64,000 bases of DNA from a virus, in the IMG/VR virus record IMGVR_UViG_3300022777_000088. The stretch is one strand, 5' to 3'. The notes under the pieces were generated by a model, which worked only from the letters and a program-made list of their open reading frames with translations, searched no databases and was not told where the DNA came from. How positions within the stretch are numbered: position 1 is the stretch's first letter; every line of letters starts with the position of its first letter. The position numbers and the translations under genes were made by a program. Shown here in pieces: positions 34,922 through 45,131 of this stretch.

Positions 34922-36934
34922 ATGAACGTTTCAGACCGCTTTTCCGATTTTTGGCTGTCTGACCGTACGAAGGAAAAACTCGATGAAGAAAGAGAGCTTT
35001 CCGCGATTGAGCTTGCGCAAGCGAAGCGCTCAATTTCGGATTTCGTACGGATCATGACGAGAGAATCGATCCCCGTCGAGTATCAGACCGAAGATGAAGG
35101 TCAAGACCACAGCTACACGGACGGAGAAAAGGTGGTGATTGGCGCAGATGTTCGTGAGGGGTTTGACGCAACCGTTGGCGTCGCCCTTCACGAAGCCAGT
35201 CACATTGTCAACTCGGACTTTGAAATGCTTGAGAAGTTCGATGTCGACGGAAAGAGCGACCTTGTTCCACAGGAGTTCGTGGACAAGATCGAACCACTTC
35301 TGAAAAAGTCCGATGAGTACAAAGAGATTGAGCGCAAGCTGAAGAACGATCCGGACATTGACTACGACGAAAGTGAACTCGATCCGGCAGAGCAAGCCAA
35401 GCGTGCGCTTCATCACATTTGGAACGTGGTTGAAGACCGTTGGATTGACGATTGGGCATACACCGAGGCTCCGGGATATCGGGGATATTACCGAAAAATG
35501 TATCAGAAGTATTGGCACTCCGAAGACATTGCCGAGCAACTTCAATCCGACGAAGCCCGTGATTTGAACTGGTCGTCGTATTCGTTCCGTATCACGAACA
35601 TTTCCAATGAAGATTGGGATCCCGACGCTCTTCCCGGATTGCGGAAGATTTGGGATATCATGGATCTCAACAACATTGATCGTCACGAGTCCAGTGAAGA
35701 TTGCCTTGAAACGGCGAAAGATGTCATGCGGGTCGTGCTCGAACACGCCGAAGAGCTTTACGTTCATCCTCAGTTCGGGGTTGGCAATGGGGACGGGGAA
35801 GGCGTTCCGTATGAGGATCTTCCCGAAGAGCTTCAAGAAATGCTCGAAGATCAGCTTGAACAAATGAGTGGAAAGGCCGGATCCGAAATCGACGAAGAAA
35901 AGAAAGAGCAAGTCGAAACGCTTGAAGATGCTGGCGTGAACACCGAAGATGTCGGTAAAGGAATGACACAGGGAAGCGACAACGGCGATGACCCGCTCGG
36001 ATCCGACCGTCGTCCGGACGCCGACACAGCGAAGTCCGCTGGCGTTCCATGCGTGGTAATCGAAAGCATTTCGGAAGGCATGATCGAAGGGCGACGTGAC
36101 TTCCCGATTATCACCACATCGATAAACCGTCGTTCCAGCAAAGCGGTACAGAAAGGAATCCAGAAAGGGCGGGTTCTCGGAAACCGCTTGAAGATTCGCG
36201 ACGAACGACGCGAGACGAAGTTCACCCGCAAGCGTTCGGGTGCTCTTGACAGCCGACTTCTCGCTGAAATCGAGCACTCCAGCCGCCTCTTTTACACAGA
36301 GGAAATCGAGCAGTACAAAGACGGGTTCATTCACATTTCCGTTGATGCTTCGGGATCCATGAGTGGAACGAAGTTTGAAGAGGCAATGCAGACGTGTGTG
36401 GCGATTTGCCAGGCGGCGGATATGATCGAAAACATCCGTGCGCAGGTGAGTTTCCGTAGCACCGTGACGGTGGGTTCTGACGATCGGCCGCTCATTGTGC
36501 TGGCGTATGACTCAAAGCGTGAGCCGATTCAGAACATTCGCCGGTTCTTTCCTTACATCACGGCAACGGGAACGACTCCCGAAGGACTTTGCTTCGAGGC
36601 GATTCAGGACGAGATCCTTCCGTCCAATCAGAATCGCGAGTCGTACTTCGTGAACCTCTCGGACGGAAAGCCTCATTTCTACGGAGGCACCGGCGACAGT
36701 TCGATTGGGTACTCGGGTGGAGATGCCTTGGAACACACGTCCCGAGAAGTCCGTAAGATGAGGCGCAAGGGCGTTCACGTTCTCTCTTATTACATCGGTG
36801 GCAACAACCGTGACAGCGACTTCAAGCGCATGTACGGGAACGACGCCCGATTTATTGACGTGAACGACATCACTCGAATCAAACGAACGATGAATGAAAA
36901 GTTCCTCGAAGACGATGGAAAAGTCAGCGCTTGA
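34922..36934 (+). CDS. CobT-like VWA protein with N-terminal HExxH domain
   Basis: LHEASH, NVVEDRWID; C-terminal MIDAS DASGSMS...T...SDG. Confidence 0.85.
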   Translation: MNVSDRFSDFWLSDRTKEKLDEERELSAIELAQAKRSISDFVRIMTRESIPVEYQTEDEGQDHSYTDGEKVVIGADVREGFDATVGVALHEASHIVNSDFEMLEKFDVDGKSDLVPQEFVDKIEPLLKKSDEYKEIERKLKNDPDIDYDESELDPAEQAKRALHHIWNVVEDRWIDDWAYTEAPGYRGYYRKMYQKYWHSEDIAEQLQSDEARDLNWSSYSFRITNISNEDWDPDALPGLRKIWDIMDLNNIDRHESSEDCLETAKDVMRVVLEHAEELYVHPQFGVGNGDGEGVPYEDLPEELQEMLEDQLEQMSGKAGSEIDEEKKEQVETLEDAGVNTEDVGKGMTQGSDNGDDPLGSDRRPDADTAKSAGVPCVVIESISEGMIEGRRDFPIITTSINRRSSKAVQKGIQKGRVLGNRLKIRDERRETKFTRKRSGALDSRLLAEIEHSSRLFYTEEIEQYKDGFIHISVDASGSMSGTKFEEAMQTCVAICQAADMIENIRAQVSFRSTVTVGSDDRPLIVLAYDSKREPIQNIRRFFPYITATGTTPEGLCFEAIQDEILPSNQNRESYFVNLSDGKPHFYGGTGDSSIGYSGGDALEHTSREVRKMRRKGVHVLSYYIGGNNRDSDFKRMYGNDARFIDVNDITRIKRTMNEKFLEDDGKVSA

Positions 36935-37310
36935 CCTCGCCGAGAAAAAGGCGGTGCGAGAGCAACGGGAGATTTGCGTTCACCGCGAACGGCGCGATGA
37001 TCTTCCTTCCGACGTGTTCTATATAACCCCAAAGGAAAAAGTTGGGGACAACGTTTCTGAATACGAACACGTCGAAACCTTTGAACCAGACGATACTTCG
37101 GATTCCGACTACGAGCGGGTTCCCGTTCGCGATTCCGAAGAACTGGAGGAAGGTGATCGCGTCGTTGTCGGCGGGGACAGTGTTCACACAGTCACAAAAG
37201 TCTCGTCTCGCCAGATCGTCACGAACTTCGGAGACAAGTTTCGGAAGTCCGATGGCGTGGAGTGGGGCGGCGGCGAAAAACAAATAACACACAAACTTCA
37301 ATATGTTTGA
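36894..37310 (+). CDS. hypothetical protein with C-terminal SH3-like segment
   Basis: LEEGDRVVV...VTKV...FRKSDG. Confidence 0.55.
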   Translation: MKSSSKTMEKSALDLAEKKAVREQREICVHRERRDDLPSDVFYITPKEKVGDNVSEYEHVETFEPDDTSDSDYERVPVRDSEELEEGDRVVVGGDSVHTVTKVSSRQIVTNFGDKFRKSDGVEWGGGEKQITHKLQYV

Positions 37311-37779
37311 AACACTCGCAATCAACTTTCGAGACCAAGGGCAAGGCGGCCCGCCCTGGGATGAACCGGCCGATGGAGGTATGGGCGAAGATTATAACGG
37401 AGATGATCCAGAGGTTTGGGACGGCCAAGGAAAGGATGATCCGGAAGTTCCAATGACCGCTGAAGGACAGCCGGTTCCGCCGGAAGTTGAAGAAATGTTT
37501 GTTCCGGAAGAAGAGGCGCCGATTCAAGTTCGGGCTTCGGAAGAAGAGTTGCTATATGCTCACCTGCAAATCAAGACCGACTTCGAGAACGAGTTCATCG
37601 AAGAAATGCTTGAGTTTGAGCCGAACGAAGAAGAGTGGGAGCGCATCAATGAACTTCGGAAGAAGCGAATGAGTCTCCGCCAGCAGCCGAACCAAAATCC
37701 GTTTGGCCAAATGGGCGGTATGCCGCCACAAGGAATGGCACCACAAGGAAACGGAGGAATAACAACAATCTTGGTATGA
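37303..37779 (+). CDS. acidic low-complexity hypothetical protein
   Basis: Coupled ORF. Confidence 0.6.
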   Translation: MFETLAINFRDQGQGGPPWDEPADGGMGEDYNGDDPEVWDGQGKDDPEVPMTAEGQPVPPEVEEMFVPEEEAPIQVRASEEELLYAHLQIKTDFENEFIEEMLEFEPNEEEWERINELRKKRMSLRQQPNQNPFGQMGGMPPQGMAPQGNGGITTILV

Positions 37780-38147
37780 AACAGTCTGCACTCGTTGACG
37801 TCGTTCAAGACAACCCTGAGTCCACGATCCTTATTGAGTACAGAGGCTCAGATAAAGTTGTTCGAGTAGACATTGGCGAGCACTTGAACTTCGACGTCGA
37901 GGAAGGCGAGGGGCTTTCTGGCGTTGGCATTTCCGAAAGGGAACGTGAGCGCCGAAAGCGTCGAAAGGACTTGAAGCTCAAGCTCAAAAACGCTGGACTC
38001 GACGAAGTTCAAGAAGTGTACGCAATCAGTCGAATCAATGAAGACGATGAATCTCAAGAACTAGAGGTAAAAGATGTACAGGAGCAGCAAAGAAATCGTA
38101 GAAGCCCCGGAAGTCGAAAGCGTGGCTCAGAACGTGATTCAAAATAA
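37776..38147 (+). CDS. hypothetical protein
   Basis: Coupled ORF. Confidence 0.55.
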   Translation: MKQSALVDVVQDNPESTILIEYRGSDKVVRVDIGEHLNFDVEEGEGLSGVGISERERERRKRRKDLKLKLKNAGLDEVQEVYAISRINEDDESQELEVKDVQEQQRNRRSPGSRKRGSERDSK

Positions 38148-38535
38148 GGGTCTTGCGCTCGACGACATTTCCATTGCTTACATCAAGGTTTACCCGAATC
38201 TCTCAAAAACTAAAGTAGCTAACTGCCGCGTCGCGAATCACCGTGAGCACTTCTTCACGAACGGCGCGGATTATATTATTTCTGTCAGTGGCGACATTTG
38301 GGATCACCTTGACGACAAGCGAAAAAAGCTAGTCGTTTGGCACGAGCTGGAGCACGTCCATCCCGAGTACAACGAAGACAAAGGGGAGTATAACTACAAG
38401 GTCCGAAACCACGACGTCGAGGACTTCGAGGCGATTATCGAAGAGCATGGAACCGATTGGTTCACCGGCATGAAAGACATTGTGGCTTCGTTTCACGACA
38501 TGAGCCCCGAGCGAAAGCAAAAGATTCGATTGTAG
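38074..38535 (+). CDS. phage putative metallopeptidase-like protein
   Basis: HELEH and HDVEDF motifs. Confidence 0.75.
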   Translation: MYRSSKEIVEAPEVESVAQNVIQNKGLALDDISIAYIKVYPNLSKTKVANCRVANHREHFFTNGADYIISVSGDIWDHLDDKRKKLVVWHELEHVHPEYNEDKGEYNYKVRNHDVEDFEAIIEEHGTDWFTGMKDIVASFHDMSPERKQKIRL

Positions 38536-38632
38536 CGATGTCCGACGACAGAATCTATCAGCGAGTTTGCGAAAAGCGGAGAAGGGCGAAAACTTCTCAA
38601 ACGTTTTACTGAACAGATAGAGACAGAAACAG

Positions 38633-39223
38633 ATGCATATAGGAGTGGACGTAGACGGGGTGCTTCGGAAGCTCATGGAGAGCCTACGCCGTGAGTACCT
38701 GAAGGACTTTCCGGAGCGAAAAGACGATATCGTTGAGGCAAATGACCTTGACTATTGGGACATTCGCAAACTCGCTCCGGGCGACGAGTCTGGACTTGGG
38801 GAAGAGCTTGAAGTGTTCTGTCTTGAGCAGCCCGAAACTTCTTTTCGGTGTTTCCGAAACGCGGACACGATTGACGGCGAAATCGAAGCGATGGGGCGGC
38901 TTTATCACGACGCGAAGTTCAACGATCACGTCGTTTCGATCTGCACGTCTCAGTACCATTCGTGGCAAAAGGAAGCGACGATGGAGTGGCTGCATGAACA
39001 CAACGTGCCGTTCGACAACGTGATCATGACGGCAACTGGAAAGAGACACTTCGCGCTCGACATGCTTCTTGACGACAGGGTGAAGAACTGCAAAGCCGTG
39101 GAACAATCTGGCGGTGCAGGCGTTCTAAGACGTAGGAACTATAACAAGGACGGTCGCGGCCGAATTTCGGCTTCGGTCGGTTCAGTCGACAAGTATCGTG
39201 AAATCATGCTTCGCCTGTCATGA
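38633..39223 (+). CDS. HAD-family 5'(3')-deoxyribonucleotidase-like protein
   Basis: IGVDVDGVL, ICTS, LLDDRVKN. Confidence 0.85.
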   Translation: MHIGVDVDGVLRKLMESLRREYLKDFPERKDDIVEANDLDYWDIRKLAPGDESGLGEELEVFCLEQPETSFRCFRNADTIDGEIEAMGRLYHDAKFNDHVVSICTSQYHSWQKEATMEWLHEHNVPFDNVIMTATGKRHFALDMLLDDRVKNCKAVEQSGGAGVLRRRNYNKDGRGRISASVGSVDKYREIMLRLS

Positions 39224-39470
39224 AACACCTTCCCGGCAGCACGCTTTCAGAGCAAGAGGCTTTGGGTTGGGGAAAGTACGTTGGGATTGATGAAGACGGA
39301 ACCGCTCGTGTATTCAAGAAAGATCCCGTGAAAGCGGGGGACACGTGGATTCCCGATAAGTTCCCGTCGAAGATGTATCCTGCGTGCTACGAAATGGAAA
39401 CGGAGTACCCCGAGCATCTTCACGGAAAGAAACTTGTTCGCAAGTCCGGCGAGTACATTCCAAATCCAAA

Positions 39471-39674
39471 ATGAATCTGTTGTTGAATCATGAAAATGAG
39501 TACCTTCGAGAAAGAGAAGAAAAGGAAGTAAAAGTTTCTATCGGGGACGAAGGCGCCAAACTCTATTTTGTAGATTACGGAACTGTACATTATTACGATC
39601 ACTATCCGGATGAAATATCTCATTTGATTAGTCCGAATATACGTAAGGGTACTGTAAATTGGCCATATGGATAG
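39471..39674 (+). CDS. HExxY-family small protein (MNLLLNHENEYL)
   Basis: Motif; LISP; VNW. Confidence 0.8.
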   Translation: MNLLLNHENEYLREREEKEVKVSIGDEGAKLYFVDYGTVHYYDHYPDEISHLISPNIRKGTVNWPYG

Positions 39675-40176
39675 TCATCACTCTTCTCTTGCCGCAAAAA
39701 TCTTGGCACTCGGTTGTAATCCATACAACAATGAACTTGAGAGTAGAAGAAAGGTTCAAGCAGGCATCTTTCTCGCGAAGCTGTTGCGAATGAAAGAGAA
39801 AGGCGACGGAATCAGCATTCCCGAGCAAACCGGATACTTCTACAAGTGGTTTGATGGGCCGAAGTCCAAGGACCTTTCGAAGACTTGGAGTTCAATGCAA
39901 GATGACCTGAGCATATGGGGGTTGGAACATATCGAGCCACCGCACCGCCAAGAGTATTGCTTGCGAGTTTGCAGGCCGCTCCACATCGGTCCGGACAAAG
40001 ATCTTGCTCGAACAGGACTTTGGGCAAGGGGACTTTCGACAACCGCATATCTCAAAGCAGAAGATTGGAGCGACGACGGGGCGAGAGAAGAGATTCGCGA
40101 CGCGCTTGGCCCGGCCATCGAAGAGCTGTATGAGGAAATGCGAATCACACTTCACAACCTAAACCTTCCAGCATGA
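39667..40176 (+). CDS. hypothetical protein
   Basis: Coupled ORF. Confidence 0.55.
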   Translation: MDSHHSSLAAKILALGCNPYNNELESRRKVQAGIFLAKLLRMKEKGDGISIPEQTGYFYKWFDGPKSKDLSKTWSSMQDDLSIWGLEHIEPPHRQEYCLRVCRPLHIGPDKDLARTGLWARGLSTTAYLKAEDWSDDGAREEIRDALGPAIEELYEEMRITLHNLNLPA

Positions 40177-40655
40177 CCGATTACGCGAAGTCACATGTTA
40201 GTCAAGACAACTGGCCAGCGCCAAAGCGCAGCTCGTTTGTGTATTCAATGAGCCAGAAAGAGCGCATTGAAGCGCTTGCCTCGTCTGGATGGCCAAACTT
40301 CGATTGGTCGAACGAGTGGGTTGCCTTTTTCGAGCAGGAAGACTTTGATCGGCAAATCGATGTCGACGCACGGAGTGGCAAACTTCAAGAGGCGTTCAAC
40401 ATTCGCACGGCAGCCGACCTTCAAACGAAAGAAGACGGCAAGGCATACCTCAAAAAACTCAAAACTGAAAGAGAGCGGGACGATCGGTTCGGCACTCCAC
40501 TTTCTGCGATAGAGTGTCGAGAGGACGGCAAGTACATCAAAGGCACGGACGCAAGCTTGCGCACATGGCTTCGGTACGAAGACGAAGCAAGGGGGGAAGA
40601 GTTTTTCGACGAATACGACGTGCCACCTGAAGTTGAAGAGAAGTTTCGGCAATGA
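40173..40655 (+). CDS. hypothetical protein
   Basis: Coupled ORF. Confidence 0.65.
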   Translation: MTDYAKSHVSQDNWPAPKRSSFVYSMSQKERIEALASSGWPNFDWSNEWVAFFEQEDFDRQIDVDARSGKLQEAFNIRTAADLQTKEDGKAYLKKLKTERERDDRFGTPLSAIECREDGKYIKGTDASLRTWLRYEDEARGEEFFDEYDVPPEVEEKFRQ

Positions 40656-40825
40656 GATTCAATCTGAAAGAGCGAGGCATACTTTCTTCGGCGTTCTATA
40701 ATGAAGACGATAATGTACTTCTGAAACACGAGAAAAAATACATCAACGAAAACAATAGAGAGAAAGTTGAATTGGTAAGAGAATGGGGTGATGAGATCAA
40801 CTTTACTTTCTCCGTGGGAGATTGA
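40652..40825 (+). CDS. HExxY-motif protein (NVLLKHEKKYI), 57 aa
   Basis: Translated by hand. Confidence 0.7.
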   Translation: MRFNLKERGILSSAFYNEDDNVLLKHEKKYINENNREKVELVREWGDEINFTFSVGD

Positions 40826-40827
40826 TT

Positions 40828-40992
40828 ATGTTTCAACACGAAAAGAAAAAGAGCCTTTGCGTATCTACCGAAACGTTTGATTATGTCATCCAGAATAATG
40901 GTACAGTGTTCAACCACCGCTACCTTGTAGAAGACTGTGTGGTTGAACCAAAAAGCTTTGCTGGAAAAGGGACAAAACGAGTTTGGCGATGA
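40828..40992 (+). CDS. HExxY-family variant (MFQHEKKK...VVEP...RVW), 54 aa
   Basis: Translated by hand. Confidence 0.65.
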   Translation: MFQHEKKKSLCVSTETFDYVIQNNGTVFNHRYLVEDCVVEPKSFAGKGTKRVWR

Positions 40993-41198
40993 AGTTATTT
41001 TCCCGACATGAGATAGAGTACATAAGATCCTGTTCGGTGAATAAAGAACTCCTTCACAGTGAAGAACGGATACTTGATGTTTACAAGGATGGGAAAGTAG
41101 TCGAGTGGATTATTGGGCGGAGTGCACACGAAGAATATCGGATCGTATCTCCAAAGCGTGTTGAAACCGACACAAAAATTATTTGGCATGAGTTGTGA
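40989..41198 (+). CDS. HExxY-family small protein (MKLFSRHEIEYI)
   Basis: Motif; IVSP; IIW. Confidence 0.8.
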   Translation: MKLFSRHEIEYIRSCSVNKELLHSEERILDVYKDGKVVEWIIGRSAHEEYRIVSPKRVETDTKIIWHEL

Positions 41199-41511
41199 AT
41201 GTGAAGACGTAAAAATCGGCACTCACGAGGCGGCCGTCTCCGTGGAACTGTCGGAACACATGAGCTATTATCGCGATGCTCGCGTGGAGGACGGTCTTTC
41301 TCCAAATGTATCAATCGACAAGTGCTTGGTTGATGAAATCCACTATCTTTGGAGCATGCGCATCTCTACGAGGGGAAGTTGTTGTGGTCACAATCAAAAG
41401 AGAGGATATATCGCCGTGACGGAAGACGACGTTGAGAAAATGGAGCGGCTTGGGTATGAGCATTATCCGCACCCTGAGCAAGACACGTTTTTTTATGCCA
41501 AAACGGTTTGA
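41188..41511 (+). CDS. hypothetical protein
   Basis: IDKCLVDEI...T.GSCCGH pattern. Confidence 0.65.
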   Translation: MSCECEDVKIGTHEAAVSVELSEHMSYYRDARVEDGLSPNVSIDKCLVDEIHYLWSMRISTRGSCCGHNQKRGYIAVTEDDVEKMERLGYEHYPHPEQDTFFYAKTV

Positions 41512-41900
41512 AGTCAAGCATAAAGGGGCAGTCGTTATTGTCGGAGAGTACGACGAAGCAACCGGAGAGATCGGGATTGAAGATGTGGTGAATCCCGATA
41601 CAGGAGAAGTTCTGACCGACGAGTGGTTCGAGAGCGGGGATATTTATGAACGAGAGCTTCGCAAGAAAATCGAAGACGAAGCACGCACTTCTCAAATCGA
41701 TAACATTCTCGACTCATTATGAATCACAAACGCCCTTCTTCACTTTTTTGGCGATGGGTAGAGCGACTGGTGAATAAGTATTTGTGTCCACGTCCGGACG
41801 CGAAACCATTGTGGCTTTCGCAGTGGTGGTATAATGTGACCGGAGCTATCGAGAACTTTTGCCATCGCCAGTATTGTAATCATTGTAATCAAAGAAAGTT

Positions 41901-41975
41901 ATGACTGAACAAGAGCGACAAAATCTTCTCACTTCTCTCAATCAACTTCTGGCCGACACGGCAGTGTTCCTGTGA
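41901..41975 (+). pseudogene. dps: orphaned 5' stub of dps (MTEQERQNLLTSLNQLLADTAVFL*)
   Basis: Matches the first 23 codons of the dps gene at 42779. Confidence 0.85.
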
Positions 41976-42850
41976 GTTTGATTGATATATAAACACTGGA
42001 AGTGGTTGGGACACTTTCACTCATTGAAAAGATTATCCGAAGCCCCTGTTGGCGTGTCCCAACCACGTCGGCAAGGGCTTTATTATTTCATGATCATGAA
42101 TAATTTTTATGTGTATGGCATATACGATCCGAAAAAAGAATTGCCATTCTACATCGGCAAAGGGTGTGAATATAGAAAAGACGCACATTTTCAAGAATCT
42201 AAAAAGGGCAGAAACCCACACAGAGACAACAAAATAGACAAAATCAAACGAGAGGGTCGTCAGCCATATTCTAAAATTATCAAAGACAATTTGAGTGAAA
42301 AGAAAGCTTTTGATTTGGAGTATCTTCTGATCAACATTCACTTCGAAAATCTCACAAATTTGAGTAAAGGTTGGGGGAAGGGGCTTGGTAGTGGTGAAGA
42401 CCACCCTTTCTATGGCAAATCACATTCTAAAGAAACGCGACAAAAAATATCGGATAAAATATCGGGAAAAATGTTAGGAGAAGATCATCCTATGTATGGA
42501 AAGTCTCATTCTGAAGAAACACTACAAAAATTGTCTGGAAAAAATAATCCGAATTATGGAAAAGAATTTTCTGAAGAACATAAACGAAAGTTGGCTGAAT
42601 CAACTTCCAAACTTTCGGAACAAGAAGCAAAAGAAGTGAAATGGTTAGGTGTAAATTCTAAAAAAACTCAAAAAGATATTGGAGATGAATATAATATTTC
42701 AGATAGAACTGTTTCTGCTATCAAATTAGAAAAGATTTGGAATCATATTGAACCACAAAAACCGAATGCCAAAAAGTTATGACTGAAACACAAAGAGAGA
42801 ACTTGATCGTTTCGATGAATCAACTCCTTGCTGATACTGCTGTATTCAAG
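41970..42850 (+). mobile_element. AT-rich free-standing homing endonuclease cassette carrying a replacement dps 5' end
   Basis: Compositional shift; duplicated dps start on both sides; boundaries approximate. Confidence 0.75.
42090..42782 (+). CDS. GIY-YIG homing endonuclease with NUMOD3 repeats and C-terminal HTH
   Basis: YVYGIYDP...FYIGKG; HPFYGKSHSKET / HPMYGKSHSEET repeats. Confidence 0.9.
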   Translation: MIMNNFYVYGIYDPKKELPFYIGKGCEYRKDAHFQESKKGRNPHRDNKIDKIKREGRQPYSKIIKDNLSEKKAFDLEYLLINIHFENLTNLSKGWGKGLGSGEDHPFYGKSHSKETRQKISDKISGKMLGEDHPMYGKSHSEETLQKLSGKNNPNYGKEFSEEHKRKLAESTSKLSEQEAKEVKWLGVNSKKTQKDIGDEYNISDRTVSAIKLEKIWNHIEPQKPNAKKL

Positions 42851-43267
42851 CAACGGGCACAGGCATATCACTGGAACGTCACTGGACTTCTCTTTGGCGA
42901 GCTTCACGAGCAGTTCGGAGAAATCTACGACGACCTGCTTCGCGAAGACTACGACGCGACTGCCGAACAAGTTCGGGCGTTGGGGGGAAACCCGACCGTT
43001 GGACTTTCTTCTTACGCAGAAGAATCCATTCTTGAAGATCCACAAAACCCACCACCGGAAGACGCGGTTGAAATGATTCGTGAACTTTACGAGGACAACG
43101 AACGAATCATCAAGGTCATTCAAGAAACCGAAAAGATTGCAGAAGAGGCGGGCGCAGACGGCATACTTGACTTCATCAACGGACGCCACTCAACTCACAA
43201 CATGATCCGCTACAAGCTTGGCAGCTACCTTGGCGGGCCAACAAACCCTACTCAAAAAAATGGATAA
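42779..43267 (+). CDS. dps: Dps / ferritin-like protein
   Basis: HWNVTG...F.ELHEQF.E.Y. Confidence 0.9.
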   Translation: MTETQRENLIVSMNQLLADTAVFKQRAQAYHWNVTGLLFGELHEQFGEIYDDLLREDYDATAEQVRALGGNPTVGLSSYAEESILEDPQNPPPEDAVEMIRELYEDNERIIKVIQETEKIAEEAGADGILDFINGRHSTHNMIRYKLGSYLGGPTNPTQKNG

Positions 43268-43825
43268 ACAACTTCTCAACGAACTGGCGCGAACTCAAAA
43301 AGAGAATGAAGCGATGCGAGAGGCGATTCGCGACTTCCGCCAAAAACGAAAAGAGGTTGAAGAGAGTCATTCCGACGCCTTCAATCATCAAAGCAAGCGT
43401 GTTCAGCGGCGACAGCACGAACTCGAAGAGGCACGACAAAAACTATACAGCTTTCTCAATGAGTGAATCTTACGAAGAAACTATGGCGTTTCTTGAGAGG
43501 GTTATGGATAAATTACATAACTCTTCACCGGATCCTGTAATCATTCGTCACGAAACGCCTAGCCACACTTCTATTCGAATTCCTTCCGAACAAAAAGAGC
43601 TTGAAAAGAGACAAAAAAAGTACAATGAATCAAGACCTGTCATATGAAGAGTGGATGGAAGAGCTGAACCGTATCGCGACCGAAGAGCTGGATCAGTTCA
43701 AACGGGATCCTGAAAACTCAGTGTGGCGAACGCAATACTATGAGAATGGCGACACGCCACGGCAGGCGATTCACATCTCACTTGACCACGCCATGTAAAG
43801 ATTTGTCGAATACGGGAACAAGCAG

Positions 43826-43860
43826 GCGCTCGTGCGGTTTAAGCCCGTGCGAGCGTTTTT
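43826..43860 (+). terminator. putative intrinsic terminator
   Basis: Imperfect hairpin CGCTCGTGCGG...CCGTGCGAGCG followed by a T tract. Confidence 0.5.
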
Positions 43861-43973
43861 GAGTTGACACCGACATTCATTATGAGTTATCGGATTGTAG
43901 AGACCGAATCCGGATATACTTCAAAACCCGACAATGCTGTAATCGTTATTGAAGAACCAGAACGTGTTACGAT

Positions 43974-45131
43974 ATGATCATCGAAAAGCCACTTGACATT
44001 CAAAACTTTCTTCGCGACCCGGACAATGGGCTTGGAGATTTGAAGCAGGACCCGTATAAGTTGAGTATCAATGTGGGAGAAGACCGGAGGCGCGTATGTT
44101 TCAAGTACAACCAAATCAAGTCGGATATGAGTCTTCGAATTTGCAAAGAGGCTCGTGGCCTAATTTTGGATAAAGAAAACAACTGGAACGTGGTGAGCTA
44201 TGCCCTTCCACGATTTTTCAATGCCGCAGAGAACGAAGCCGCTGACATCGATTGGGAGTCCGCAGAAGTATTCACCAAATTTGATGGTTCGGCAGCAGTT
44301 CTCTACTTCTGGCAAGGTGAGTGGCGAATGCACACTCTTGGGACTGTTGAAGGTGAAGGAGAAGTTCGCATGTCCGACGCCATTATGCGCCAAAAGGATT
44401 GGGACGGCGAAACTTTCGCTGACCTGTTTTGGGACCGATTCGAAAAAATTTATGGGCTTGATCGTCTTGATGAGCTTGACAAAGACTGCTGCTACATGAC
44501 TGAGCTTTGCACGCCTTACAACCGTGTGGTCAAGCGGTACGACGAAGACCGAATCGTGCTTTTGGCGATTCGCAATCGGGAAACGCTTGAAGAGCGGGAC
44601 ATCTCCACGGCAGCCGAGTGGTGGGACCGGCCACAGCGGTTCAGTGTGGATGCATACGGCGATATTATGGATGCGATTGAAGATCTTGACCCGGACGACG
44701 AAGGCTTCGTGTGCGTCGACAAGCACTGGCGGCGAATCAAGATCAAGCAGGAGAGCTACGTTCTTCGCCACAAGATGAAAGATTCAATCGTTGAGCGAAA
44801 GAACGGCATTATTGAGGCAATCCAGAACGGCGACGCCGATGATTTCGTGGGCACGTTTCCTGAGTTCAAAGGCGTGTTTGAAGAGACGAAGGATGAAATG
44901 GACCAGCTCGTTGAGCGCATGGATGAGTATTATCGTGAACTTGGCGGAGACAATGTGGACCCAGATGACCACCAGGAGCGCAAGGAGTTCGCTCTGGCGG
45001 TTCAAGAGTTTCCCGTGGGGGAAGTGCAAGGTCTTTTTTTTCAGCGGCTTACAGGGGAAATTGAGGACTTCTGGGACGGACTGGAAGAAACAAAGACCGA
45101 GAACGTCGCCGCTGCTCTTTCCAAGTTGTAG
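43974..45131 (+). CDS. T4 Rnl1-like RNA ligase
   Basis: Nucleotidyltransferase motifs KFDGS, TELCTPYN, EGFV, IKIK; ARGLIL. Confidence 0.85.
   Translation: MIIEKPLDIQNFLRDPDNGLGDLKQDPYKLSINVGEDRRRVCFKYNQIKSDMSLRICKEARGLILDKENNWNVVSYALPRFFNAAENEAADIDWESAEVFTKFDGSAAVLYFWQGEWRMHTLGTVEGEGEVRMSDAIMRQKDWDGETFADLFWDRFEKIYGLDRLDELDKDCCYMTELCTPYNRVVKRYDEDRIVLLAIRNRETLEERDISTAAEWWDRPQRFSVDAYGDIMDAIEDLDPDDEGFVCVDKHWRRIKIKQESYVLRHKMKDSIVERKNGIIEAIQNGDADDFVGTFPEFKGVFEETKDEMDQLVERMDEYYRELGGDNVDPDDHQERKEFALAVQEFPVGEVQGLFFQRLTGEIEDFWDGLEETKTENVAAALSKL

Noticed and set aside
41901-42850. Group I intron or intein in dps
   Set aside because: The dps start is duplicated downstream, so no splicing is needed; no P7/catalytic core or intein motifs were recognised.
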